Assembly (NCBI GenBank): GCA_049241465.1
Contig: JBMLQR010000315.1
Location: 1 to 41,026, forward strand
DNA: 41,026 bases
Direction: 5' to 3'
Origin: Saprospiraceae bacterium
Lineage (GTDB): Bacteria > Bacteroidota > Bacteroidia > Chitinophagales > Saprospiraceae
Each line of letters begins with the position of its first letter. Position 1 is the stretch's first letter. The position numbers were made by a program, and so were the translations under genes. The notes below the pieces were generated by a model. The model saw nothing but the letters and a program-made list of their open reading frames with translations. It was not told where the DNA came from and made no database searches. This document shows positions 18,089 through 25,875 of the stretch, one piece after another.

Positions 18089-18502
18089 TTAGGTGATAGT
18101 GGTTCCTTCGGCAAAATAAAAAGGATAAACAATATTATTTCTAACATTGGTACTTTCAATCTCATAATCAAGGTTAATTTGAAGGACGCCATCTAAAATT
18201 CTCTCTTTATTTGCTGAAATACTATGTATAAAGAGGCGTGGTTCATTGATTCGAAGGGAAAGGGATATGTCCTTTAATATCCAATCAATATTATTTTGAG
18301 AAGATATTTCAAATACATGTTGATAAAGTGGATTTCCATATTCTGGACGCATAATTCTTTCCCCTAATTTTGTGCCCAGAAAAATTTCAATACTCTGCTT
18401 AATATCTTCCTCATCACTTACCATGTGCAACCCTTTTTTCTCGAGATGAAAAGTAGGAGGGAAACTCCATCCAGTGCCAAGAAATGATTTATCTGTTGAC
18501 AT
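18089..18502 (-). CDS. GPW/gp25-family baseplate wedge protein (Afp9/TssE-like)
   Basis: FLGTGWSFPPTF ... VSDEEDIKQSIEIFLGTKLGERIMRPEYGNPL is the gp25 signature. The ORF-track start at 18532 is a GTG that overlaps PAAR by 28 nt. I prefer the ATG at 18502 (MSTDKSFLGTGW), which lies 2 nt after the PAAR stop. Confidence 0.85.
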   Translation of the reverse strand: MSTDKSFLGTGWSFPPTFHLEKKGLHMVSDEEDIKQSIEIFLGTKLGERIMRPEYGNPLYQHVFEISSQNNIDWILKDISLSLRINEPRLFIHSISANKERILDGVLQINLDYEIESTNVRNNIVYPFYFAEGTTIT

Positions 18503-18504
18503 AT

Positions 18505-18795
18505 TTATCCTCCTATGATTACAGTTGGGCACCCCAAAACAATACTACCACCGTGTGCACAAGTATCACCCATTCTTGCAGCAGGTTTATTTCCAAACAA
18601 TACAGTTGCTGAACCTTTCATAATAGAATCAGGAGGTCCAACACAAACAGCTGAGTCCCCCATAATGGCAGCAGGTAAAAAAGAAATTAGTACAGTAGGC
18701 GATCCTGGTCCAATAATCGGACCGCCAACATGCGGGATTGGCCCAGTGGTCATTGGGCAAACGTGCAAATCAGTAATTCTAGCTGCTAATGGCAT
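18505..18795 (-). CDS. PAAR-domain spike-tip protein (Afp10-like), with no extension domain
   Basis: 96-aa Gly/Pro-rich ORF with PAAR-type repeats (LPAAIMGDSAVC, KPAARMGDTCAHGG). It lies immediately downstream of the spike gene. Confidence 0.9.
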   Translation of the reverse strand: MPLAARITDLHVCPMTTGPIPHVGGPIIGPGSPTVLISFLPAAIMGDSAVCVGPPDSIMKGSATVLFGNKPAARMGDTCAHGGSIVLGCPTVIIGG

Positions 18796-18806
18796 ATTTG
18801 TCTGTT

Positions 18807-20615
18807 TTAATTTATCATGACGACACCGCCTTTAACTACTGTCTGACCAGAAGCAACAAGTTCTGCTTGCGCTGTTCCCTTAAAAGAGGCTTTTACTTGG
18901 GCTTCAGCTGCAACATTTAAACCTTTTATTCCAATATCCCCTCCTGAGCAATCAACATTTACTCCTGTAGTTCCAGTGATTACTACTTTTTGTCCACTTT
19001 TAATGGTAATATTGAAATCGCTGGTTATTTCAATTCCAGAAGAGGAAGTTTTTATCTTATTCCCATTAAGATCCTTTATGTTGATTTCCTTATCCTTGTC
19101 TGAAATAATGATTGAACTACCTCCAGGAGTCAACAAGGTAAGAATTTTATCTTTGTCATCAAATTCAAGTTTTAATAAAGATTTTGAGTAAAAGGCCTTT
19201 TTGGGATTTTCAGCGCTAATTGTTACCGGAGGAGCATTGGAACTATTAAAGAGACTTCCCAATACAACGGGGAAACGTGGATCTTCATTTAAAAATCCAA
19301 TGACCACAGAAGATCCAACCTCAGGAATGAAAAAACTTCCCGCGCCGGATGTTGCGTAAAGATGTCCTAAACGTGCCCAAACTCCAAGTCCCGTTTGTTT
19401 CAAGGCGGGTATTAACACTTGAATTTTATATTCACCATCTGGATCTGCATCTATCTTTGTTACTTTCCCAATATGTAATCCTTTTATTGGATTATAAACA
19501 GGTATTTGATTAGGAATTTTCTCCCCGTTTAATATATTTGGTTGTAATCCAAATTGAATTTTAGTTAAAAATACTCCATCAGCCATGGTATGTTCAATTC
19601 CAGTTACTAAGGTTTCTCCATTGAATCTACTACCAAAACCTTGTAAAGTGACAATATCACCCAGCGAAAATATATTTAATCCACGAAAAGTTACTGAACC
19701 TCTTATTCTTTGAATTCTTGATAAAACAAGTAATGCATCGGCATAAACCTTTAATTCTGAAGATAACATTGGGCTATCATAATTCATTTTCAATATAGTC
19801 GGACTGGCTACAGCACCTAATTTTTTACCCGTTAAATCGCCCTGCGCAGGGATTCCTGTAGGTTCTGAACCAGTCTGGCTGACTGCTGCATTGGTAAATG
19901 GGTTAAAAGTTCCAGCGGATACTCCTTGTAATTGAGTGGTCGCATCTATTTCTCCTTCGAAATCAGCGATATTATCTCCGTATATTAAAGTGCTTTTAGA
20001 TTTCGAACCTGCGGCGGGTTCTGGTTTTCCAACGGTTAATTTTCCTTGACTATTAAAAACAATAAATCCATTCGCTTTGGCACGAAGCAGGAGAAAATCC
20101 CAGTTGGTCATTTCATGTTGAATAAGAAAAGGATGTGAATAGGTTGTACTGGCAATCGATTTTGTGACTCCTTTAGCAGTAATCAAAGTGGTAAAAATAT
20201 CACTATCTGTTTTATTAACAAAAATTTCAGATGTTTTTTGATAGGTCATTTCAATGGCTTTATCAGCACATTCTAAAACGACCAGATTTTTATAAGAGGA
20301 ACTTTGGTAACCAGGTTTGATTGATATAGAATGTTTAACAATAATGCCACTAAATACTACCTCATTAAGTTGATCAAAACCCAGGCTTATTTTAACTGCT
20401 ATACCAGGTTCAAAAGTAGTTTCTTCACTTTCAGGAAATAGATGTAAGGCTGTATCCCCACCAATAATTTCAATTTTTGCCCGGGCAATTTTATTAACTA
20501 CTTCAGAGGTTGAAATTTTATATACTATTAAATCTGTGGGCAGTAAAGACCCATTAATGAAAATGTTGAAAGAAGTAGGTTTTCCCGTAGAATCTAATGG
20601 TGATATTCCAGACAT
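18807..20615 (-). CDS. VgrG/gpD-gp5-like central spike protein (Afp8-like)
   Basis: 602-aa ORF. It has the gp5 OB-fold signature GVWARLGHLYATSGAGSFFIPEVGSSVVIGFLNEDPRFPVVLGSLFN and a C-terminal beta-helix-like repeat region (IIISDKDKEINIKDLNGNKIKTSSSGIEITSDFNITIKSGQKVVITG). There is no C-terminal effector extension. Confidence 0.9.
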   Translation of the reverse strand: MSGISPLDSTGKPTSFNIFINGSLLPTDLIVYKISTSEVVNKIARAKIEIIGGDTALHLFPESEETTFEPGIAVKISLGFDQLNEVVFSGIIVKHSISIKPGYQSSSYKNLVVLECADKAIEMTYQKTSEIFVNKTDSDIFTTLITAKGVTKSIASTTYSHPFLIQHEMTNWDFLLLRAKANGFIVFNSQGKLTVGKPEPAAGSKSKSTLIYGDNIADFEGEIDATTQLQGVSAGTFNPFTNAAVSQTGSEPTGIPAQGDLTGKKLGAVASPTILKMNYDSPMLSSELKVYADALLVLSRIQRIRGSVTFRGLNIFSLGDIVTLQGFGSRFNGETLVTGIEHTMADGVFLTKIQFGLQPNILNGEKIPNQIPVYNPIKGLHIGKVTKIDADPDGEYKIQVLIPALKQTGLGVWARLGHLYATSGAGSFFIPEVGSSVVIGFLNEDPRFPVVLGSLFNSSNAPPVTISAENPKKAFYSKSLLKLEFDDKDKILTLLTPGGSSIIISDKDKEINIKDLNGNKIKTSSSGIEITSDFNITIKSGQKVVITGTTGVNVDCSGGDIGIKGLNVAAEAQVKASFKGTAQAELVASGQTVVKGGVVMIN

Positions 20616-20624
20616 AATAATTAT

Positions 20625-21317
20625 TTATTTTTCCAATGGTGGAAATAATAATTTTTCTCCAAGTTTAAGTCTTCTAAAAGATGGCAGATTATTGATTTCT
20701 GCAATTTTCAAGTAATATTTTTTATCACTGTAAAATTCTTTACACAATGCTGGAATAGAATCTCCTACTTTAATAGTAGGAATTCTGGTAATATCAGGAC
20801 TTTGAAATTTTGATTCTATAACATTTTGATCGATGAATTCTTCGATTTTTATAGAAATATCAGCACGAACAGCTTTACCTTCTGAATTAAAATAGGTGTA
20901 TTCTATCCCTAATTCACCTACAAAGCCTTTCAATGAAATATCCCCCCAAATTAAATGTACGTAGGGTGGCATGTGTGTGGAACGAAGAGGGTTTATAGTT
21001 ACTTCTTTTAACTTTTTAATAGAATCTTCCAACCCTGAAAAATAATTTATTTCAGAAGACGTCATTCCATCGGGAACACTTGGAATAACACCAGTTAAAT
21101 CCAGTGTAAAATTGAATGATACGGATTCCTTAAAGTAAGTAAAGAGTTTAGGTGGAATAGCTCCCCCATTAGCACTTTTTGGTTCAATCCCTTCGAAATC
21201 ATCTTTTCCGTAACTACATACCACACTTCCAGGATTTATTTGGAGTTGATAGGTACCTAATAATTCTGTATATGCTAAACTTGAATAGGCCTTAATTGAA
21301 AGATTAGATGGAAACAT
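20625..21317 (-). CDS. LysM-domain tube-initiator / baseplate hub protein (Afp7/Pvc7-like)
   Basis: 230-aa ORF with a C-terminal LysM motif (IKVGDSIPALCKEFYSDKKYYLKIAEINNLPSFRRLKLGEKLLFP). Its position between the tube and spike genes matches afp7. Confidence 0.75.
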   Translation of the reverse strand: MFPSNLSIKAYSSLAYTELLGTYQLQINPGSVVCSYGKDDFEGIEPKSANGGAIPPKLFTYFKESVSFNFTLDLTGVIPSVPDGMTSSEINYFSGLEDSIKKLKEVTINPLRSTHMPPYVHLIWGDISLKGFVGELGIEYTYFNSEGKAVRADISIKIEEFIDQNVIESKFQSPDITRIPTIKVGDSIPALCKEFYSDKKYYLKIAEINNLPSFRRLKLGEKLLFPPLEK

Positions 21318-21514
21318 TATAAATTTGTTTGAGATTTAATTTGCTCCATAACCCTCCTTACTACCTCGTTTATAAGTTCCTCCTTTTCGTAAAATCCTAA
21401 GGTATCCTTTGATTTATTTTTTGAATTTTGAGAATTACTCTCCGATACTGATTTTTCTCCAGCTTGGTCTTTAACATTTGCTTTTACGACTAATTGTCTT
21501 ATTTCAACTGGCAT
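21317..21514 (-). CDS. Small conserved CIS protein (Afp6 position; DUF5908-like)
   Basis: 65-aa ORF. The N-terminus MPVEIRQLVVKANV matches my recollection of the MP(I/V)EIR.L motif of small Bacteroidota CIS proteins. Its TAA stop overlaps the next ATG by 1 nt (TAATG), which implies translational coupling. Confidence 0.5.
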   Translation of the reverse strand: MPVEIRQLVVKANVKDQAGEKSVSESNSQNSKNKSKDTLGFYEKEELINEVVRRVMEQIKSQTNL

Positions 21515-21517
21515 TGG

Positions 21518-21997
21518 TCAATATATTCTGGAATAATAAGAATAACTAAATTCTATGGACTCAAAAGCATACTTTGAATCTTGAGCATCAAAGTCACTGA
21601 TAGTCCATTTTGTAGGATAGGCATTGTAAAATCCCCAAGTCATAGAAGGTTCTAAAGTATTCGGGTCAAGTAAAAAAACCTTGATCAAAGCTGTTTTAAT
21701 TCCTCCCATTGACATTGATATAGAATTAGTACACCAATCAGTTAATGGTGATGATTCTGCTACTATTCCACGCTCCAATACCAACGGACTATAGGTTACT
21801 TCTGTTGGAAGGTGATAAGTTGTCCTATTACCCGAACCTGCCTGTAAGGCTTTTGTATTTCTGGTCGCGGAGATACCTGAAATTTTACTAAAATAATTAT
21901 CTCCGATTAAAGGTACATCATTTCCAGAAACTGTAGTTATAATCGAAACTGTGAAGTTGTACCCTGGTAGAGGTACTATTCTAGGTGAACCTAACAT
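21518..21997 (-). CDS. Tail tube protein paralog 2 (phage T4 gp19-like; Afp5-like)
   Basis: PLPGYNFTVSI ... ISGISATRNT ... YSPLVLERGIV ... LTDWC ... FESIEFSY fits the gp19/Hcp-like tube family. The ORF-track start at 22024 is TTG. I prefer the ATG at 21997 (MLGSPRIVPLPGYNF). Confidence 0.8.
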   Translation of the reverse strand: MLGSPRIVPLPGYNFTVSIITTVSGNDVPLIGDNYFSKISGISATRNTKALQAGSGNRTTYHLPTEVTYSPLVLERGIVAESSPLTDWCTNSISMSMGGIKTALIKVFLLDPNTLEPSMTWGFYNAYPTKWTISDFDAQDSKYAFESIEFSYSYYSRIY

Positions 21998-22030
21998 TAA
22001 AAGTATCTTACAGGTTTTAATCAATAAATA

Positions 22031-22073
22031 TAAAAAACTGAAATCCTAGGGAGATTTAACTCCTCTAGGATTT
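22031..22073 (-). terminator. Intrinsic-terminator-like hairpin plus T-tract between the two tube genes (candidate intra-operon attenuator)
   Basis: The minus strand reads AAATCCTAGAGGAG-TTAAAT-CTCCCTAGGATTT followed by CAGTTTTTTA. That gives 13 bp of pairing (9 + 4 with a 1-nt bulge), a 6-nt loop and a T6 tract. It lies 38 nt downstream of the tube-1 stop (22111). Confidence 0.5.
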
Positions 22074-22110
22074 AATTCATATATTTCACCACATTTCATT
22101 GGGTTATATA

Positions 22111-22581
22111 TTATGCTGCTTCAATGGTTATTCCCTCGCAAGCAAATACAATTGACTCAATTGCTGCGTCACTCGTTTGAGAATTCATATCAGTAGGTGT
22201 TATTTTTTTAGGAAACGCACCTGTTACAGTCCAAGTCATTTTAGGAGAAGCATCCTCATCTAATAATTTAATTACTAAGGTAAGCCTCTCGTAGGTATTC
22301 AACTGAATTTTAGTTAACCAGTCGTAGAAAGAATTATCAGTAGTAAATACCCCTTTCTTAAGGGTAATATCACCGTATTTCATTAATCCTGGCATTTTAA
22401 TTGTCGAATGCACTGGACTATTACCATGACGGTATTCTACTACATCAGTTTCAATATCTAAACCCGAAACTTCTTGAAAGGGGAGATCAGTCTGATCGCC
22501 TATATCAACAGAAAAATAAAATTTAGGTAACGGCCAATTTTGATCCTGATCTGCACCTGTACCCGGCGTTGGAGCTGCCAT
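22111..22581 (-). CDS. Tail tube protein paralog 1 (Afp1/Pvc1-like, Hcp-like)
   Basis: 156-aa ORF. NWPLPKFYFSVDIGDQTDLPFQEVSGLDIETDVVEYRHGNSP ... GDITLKKGVF ... FYDW is the classic conserved phage-tail-region tube signature. Confidence 0.9.
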   Translation of the reverse strand: MAAPTPGTGADQDQNWPLPKFYFSVDIGDQTDLPFQEVSGLDIETDVVEYRHGNSPVHSTIKMPGLMKYGDITLKKGVFTTDNSFYDWLTKIQLNTYERLTLVIKLLDEDASPKMTWTVTGAFPKKITPTDMNSQTSDAAIESIVFACEGITIEAA

Positions 22582-22612
22582 ATATTTAGAATTTTATGTT
22601 AGTTATTTAGGT

Positions 22613-24112
22613 TTATGATTTTTGCTGTTGTTGTTGGAACGTAATAACGATAAACTCAGCAGGACGTACTATCGCAACTTTGACAGTTAATTTTAACATA
22701 CCGTCTAAAATATCATTTGCTGTCATCGTTGATCCTAATCCAATTTCTACAGAAAATGCATCGGTTGGCGTACTACCTGCAAGGAGACCACCTTGCCACT
22801 GATTATTAAGGAAATTCTCAATAGTTGCCTTAATTGAAATCCATGTAGTGGCTGTATTTGGTTCGAAAACATATCTTTCAGATGCAATTTTTATACTTTG
22901 CTCAAGAAATGTCATGGTTCTCCTAACAGAAATATATCGCCAATCTTGACTATTACCGTCTAATGTCCTTGCTCCCCAAACGATAGTACCCTTCCCTGTA
23001 AAGGCTCGTATTGCATTGATTGCTTTGCCATTTAATGGAAGATTTAATTCTTCTTGTGCTTCATTTGTAATGTTGATAGCTGGCGAAATTACATTTCCAA
23101 CACTTACATTCGCAGGAGATTTTGCAATGTTTATAGAATTATCAACCATAGCATATACCCCTGCCATAGCGGCACTTGGTGGCAATACATTTAAAATTTC
23201 ACGCATATCACTAAGAATGCTCTTAAAAGTAGGACTAATCACTTTCAGGGTGTCACTTAAAAGAAGTATTTCAACCGCGGTTGAAGCTGTTGCAATTTTT
23301 GCAATTTCTGCTTTTATTAGTTCTGCCCGCGATTCTCTGACCAAACCTGCTGCCACACCATCAACCACCTCTTTTGTTAATATTTCAATAAGCCCATCTT
23401 TATTGCTAATATTAGTGAAATCAACATCTGTGGACTGAACAACGGTTGTTTTTAAAAACGGATAATAAGCTGCACCCCATTGAAGAAAGTTAGCGCCTAC
23501 ACCTTCACGAAACTTATTGATTACGTCCTCATCATCAAATGTTCTTTCTTTATCACCATTAAAAACATCTAAAATAGCAAAACGATTCTTCATGGTGTAG
23601 CCACAATGAAGTAACATAGCTTGTTGAAGAGCTGAACAATCAGATTCTTCTAGTAAAACAGCTTCTGGAATAACTAATAAAGTTGGTTCCATGTATTTCA
23701 AAAGAGTTACTAATCCCTTTCCATTTGCAGGATCATTGAAATCAATGGCCTTTATTCCGTTTCCATAATTTCCAATAGAAACCACGTAACAATCTCCACC
23801 ACCATTAGAATAAAAATGTCTTAAACAACTGTGCAAAAGATATCTTGTTGCTTGATCCGCAGACAAAGTGTAACCAACATTTTCGTCTGGTTCAATAGTG
23901 AATTTTGTTTTCGGTCCTGCACCAAACATTTCTTCAAATTCAGCTAATGAGGTTACTCTTGTTGGAATATTTGTAAGTGGCTTATTCCCTCTTGAAGCTC
24001 TCTGCGTATAGCCAATAAATGCTGGAATAGCAGTTGATACTGGAACTACAGAAGAGGAGAAAGCACTTTTTTCTTCGATATAAACTCCAGGTGTTGCTAA
24101 TACTTTTGCCAT
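22613..24112 (-). CDS. Contractile sheath protein (Afp2/Pvc2-like)
   Basis: 499-aa ORF. It has the N-terminus MAKVLATPGVYIEEKSAF ... IPAFIGYT and the C-terminal region INAIRAFTGKGTIVWGARTL ... WRYISVRR, both typical of the phage tail sheath family. It is the only sheath gene in the locus. Confidence 0.92.
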   Translation of the reverse strand: MAKVLATPGVYIEEKSAFSSSVVPVSTAIPAFIGYTQRASRGNKPLTNIPTRVTSLAEFEEMFGAGPKTKFTIEPDENVGYTLSADQATRYLLHSCLRHFYSNGGGDCYVVSIGNYGNGIKAIDFNDPANGKGLVTLLKYMEPTLLVIPEAVLLEESDCSALQQAMLLHCGYTMKNRFAILDVFNGDKERTFDDEDVINKFREGVGANFLQWGAAYYPFLKTTVVQSTDVDFTNISNKDGLIEILTKEVVDGVAAGLVRESRAELIKAEIAKIATASTAVEILLLSDTLKVISPTFKSILSDMREILNVLPPSAAMAGVYAMVDNSINIAKSPANVSVGNVISPAINITNEAQEELNLPLNGKAINAIRAFTGKGTIVWGARTLDGNSQDWRYISVRRTMTFLEQSIKIASERYVFEPNTATTWISIKATIENFLNNQWQGGLLAGSTPTDAFSVEIGLGSTMTANDILDGMLKLTVKVAIVRPAEFIVITFQQQQQKS

Positions 24113-24197
24113 GCCGTTTTATTTAATTTTTTGGTGGTTAAGTAGATTACGGGTCTAAAATAAATATTATTTTAGAGAAAACTCTGTTTTTATAAAA

Positions 24198-25040
24198 TTA
24201 AATATAAATAAATTCTTGAACATAGAACTTTTCGGTTTTAATATCAAAGTTTACAGATCTTGGGTTTGGACAAGGCAAGCTCTTGATTAAGAGATTTTCA
24301 GTGTTTTTTCTATTGTTTAAATATAAGCCAAGCTGCTTATTTGGTCTTTCTTTAAGAGGTAATGTTTTTTCGGAAATAAATAAATACCCATCTTTTCCAT
24401 TGGGTAAAATGAGAGGTATAGGCTTTGTGAAAGTCATGCTATTTTTTTGACTTTTATCATAAATGTATAAACTCTCGATATCTTCCATATATTTGCCTGT
24501 ACCATATATATAATACTTCCAGTAAACATTTCTTTCTTTAAAATTAATAAAATGCCTTATTGGAAGAATTTTATTTTTTTCAGAGGAGGATAGTCCGAAA
24601 AGTTCATTTTCCTTGTTTAAACTTAAATTAATTTTACCATTAATTCCTGTTGTTGAATAGGATTCATTGCAGATGTCAAGGGTTACATTTTCATCAGCAT
24701 GTAATAATTCCCTTCCTGTTATTTGTTCTAATTTTATACATTGGTTTGAGATAAAAGGAAGCTCAGTGAAATTTAAAAATTGAGGGTTTTTATTTTTTAT
24801 CTTAAAATTTAATATTATTTCTCCGAGATAACAAAAATGATTAAAATCTTTATTTGCATCTATAATCAAAATTAATTTATTTGGTTCCTGTTTAACAATA
24901 ATACCATATTGTTTAATAGTTTGCATGGTCTCATTTTCAACTTCAAAAATGAAATCATTACACCTGTTATTGTAATAATAACCATGATTTATGGTAATGG
25001 AAAGTAGCTCCTGAAATTGTATGATATGATTTATTTGCAT
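24198..25040 (-). CDS. Hypothetical protein between the cap and sheath genes (CIS operon member, function unknown)
   Basis: 280-aa ORF with an ATG start. It has no signal peptide or TM segment and no motif I recognise. It is co-oriented with its neighbours, with 15-nt and 85-nt gaps. Confidence 0.6.
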   Translation of the reverse strand: MQINHIIQFQELLSITINHGYYYNNRCNDFIFEVENETMQTIKQYGIIVKQEPNKLILIIDANKDFNHFCYLGEIILNFKIKNKNPQFLNFTELPFISNQCIKLEQITGRELLHADENVTLDICNESYSTTGINGKINLSLNKENELFGLSSSEKNKILPIRHFINFKERNVYWKYYIYGTGKYMEDIESLYIYDKSQKNSMTFTKPIPLILPNGKDGYLFISEKTLPLKERPNKQLGLYLNNRKNTENLLIKSLPCPNPRSVNFDIKTEKFYVQEFIYI

Positions 25041-25055
25041 CTATTTACCTTAGGT

Positions 25056-25601
25056 CTATTCAGGTGAAATTAATATGGGTATTATCTCCTCATTCATTGC
25101 ATATTGATTAAAATTAAGCATTCTGAATTTGTAAACAATAGAAGGTAAATATTTACCTCCAAGCATACTCCAGATATTACTTAATACAGCAAATTCTAAG
25201 TTAATTATTTCAACCGTTATTTTCTCTACTTCTGCAGGTAATGAAGGAGTATTTTGAGGATTAAAAGTATGTTGTCCTTGAAAAAAATAGATGACTGCAG
25301 ATAAAAACCTTAATCCTTCTCTATAATTATTTTGAGGAAAATTTGCAGCGAATAAAACATATAAATTAATGTAAATGGATGGATTTGAACCACCAAATTG
25401 ATTATAGCCAGTATTTCGTATTAATTTTTCTTCCTCCACATTAATTAAAGTAATCATTATTTTATTATCAATTTCTATGGAGGAAGCTCCGGAATTATTG
25501 GCAACGGAAGTGACAACAACTCTGTCTTCTGTTTCACCGAAAGAATTTTTCAAATACTCGTTTAACTGACTTCCAATAATTGGAATTACATTTTGGATCA
25601 T
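25056..25601 (-). CDS. DUF4255 / Pvc16 N-terminal-domain protein (tail terminator/cap, Afp16-like)
   Basis: 181-aa ORF. The pattern DRVVVTSVAN ... IMITLINVEEEKLIRN ... INLYVLFAANF matches my recollection of the Pvc16_N (DUF4255) family. Confidence 0.7.
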   Translation of the reverse strand: MIQNVIPIIGSQLNEYLKNSFGETEDRVVVTSVANNSGASSIEIDNKIMITLINVEEEKLIRNTGYNQFGGSNPSIYINLYVLFAANFPQNNYREGLRFLSAVIYFFQGQHTFNPQNTPSLPAEVEKITVEIINLEFAVLSNIWSMLGGKYLPSIVYKFRMLNFNQYAMNEEIIPILISPE

Positions 25602-25606
25602 CTTAA

Positions 25607-25867
25607 TTATGGATTTCCTGAGGTTGCATCATTTACACCCACTAATTTTAATAATGCTTTGATTACTATTCTTACTATGTATACACACAGGAACATGACT
25701 AACCATCCTATCATAAATAGTTGAATAGTAAATACTTTTTCTACTTCATTCAATTTTGGATTTGAACTTGTGAGTTTAAATAGCATTAAAAACACAAATG
25801 ATAAGGGAACAGCTAAGATTGAAGCTATTATAAACCACATTAATTCCTTTAAAATTGTTTTTTTCAT
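25607..25867 (-). CDS. Small two-pass membrane protein (holin-like in size and topology; function unknown)
   Basis: 86-aa ORF with two hydrophobic helices (WFIIASILAVPLSFVFLMLF and FTIQLFMIGWLVMFLCVYIV) and a polar C-terminal tail. It lies 5 nt upstream of the cap gene. Confidence 0.6.
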   Translation of the reverse strand: MKKTILKELMWFIIASILAVPLSFVFLMLFKLTSSNPKLNEVEKVFTIQLFMIGWLVMFLCVYIVRIVIKALLKLVGVNDATSGNP

Positions 25868-25875
25868 GCTGATTA

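Noticed and set aside
18503-18532. Longer upstream starts from the ORF track: GTG at 18532 for gp25, TTG at 22024 for tube 2, and GTG at 37417 for the cytochrome/LRR protein
   Set aside because: I checked the codons by hand and all are non-ATG. They create 28-58-nt overlaps or add non-conserved leaders. In each case an ATG immediately after the upstream stop gives the canonical family N-terminus.
18515-18820. A 101-aa plus-strand ORF rich in Gly and Pro
   Set aside because: It is exactly antisense to the PAAR gene. Its Gly/Pro richness mirrors the PAAR codons. It is a shadow ORF.
23016-23438. A 140-aa plus-strand ORF
   Set aside because: It lies entirely inside the well-supported sheath gene on the opposite strand and has no recognisable motif. 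It is a shadow ORF.
24154-24176. Palindrome tctaaaata-aatat-tattttaga in the gap before the sheath gene
   Set aside because: It is a 9-bp all-A/T stem with no following T-tract on the coding strand. It is too weak and too common in AT-rich DNA to call a terminator or operator.
5489-25601. Interpretation as a prophage tail module, an R-type tailocin or a canonical T6SS
   Set aside because: There are no capsid, portal, terminase or replication genes, and no TssB/C, ClpV or TssJLM genes. The DUF4255 cap, AAA+ ATPase, PAAR and LysM initiator indicate the Afp/PVC CIS lineage instead.
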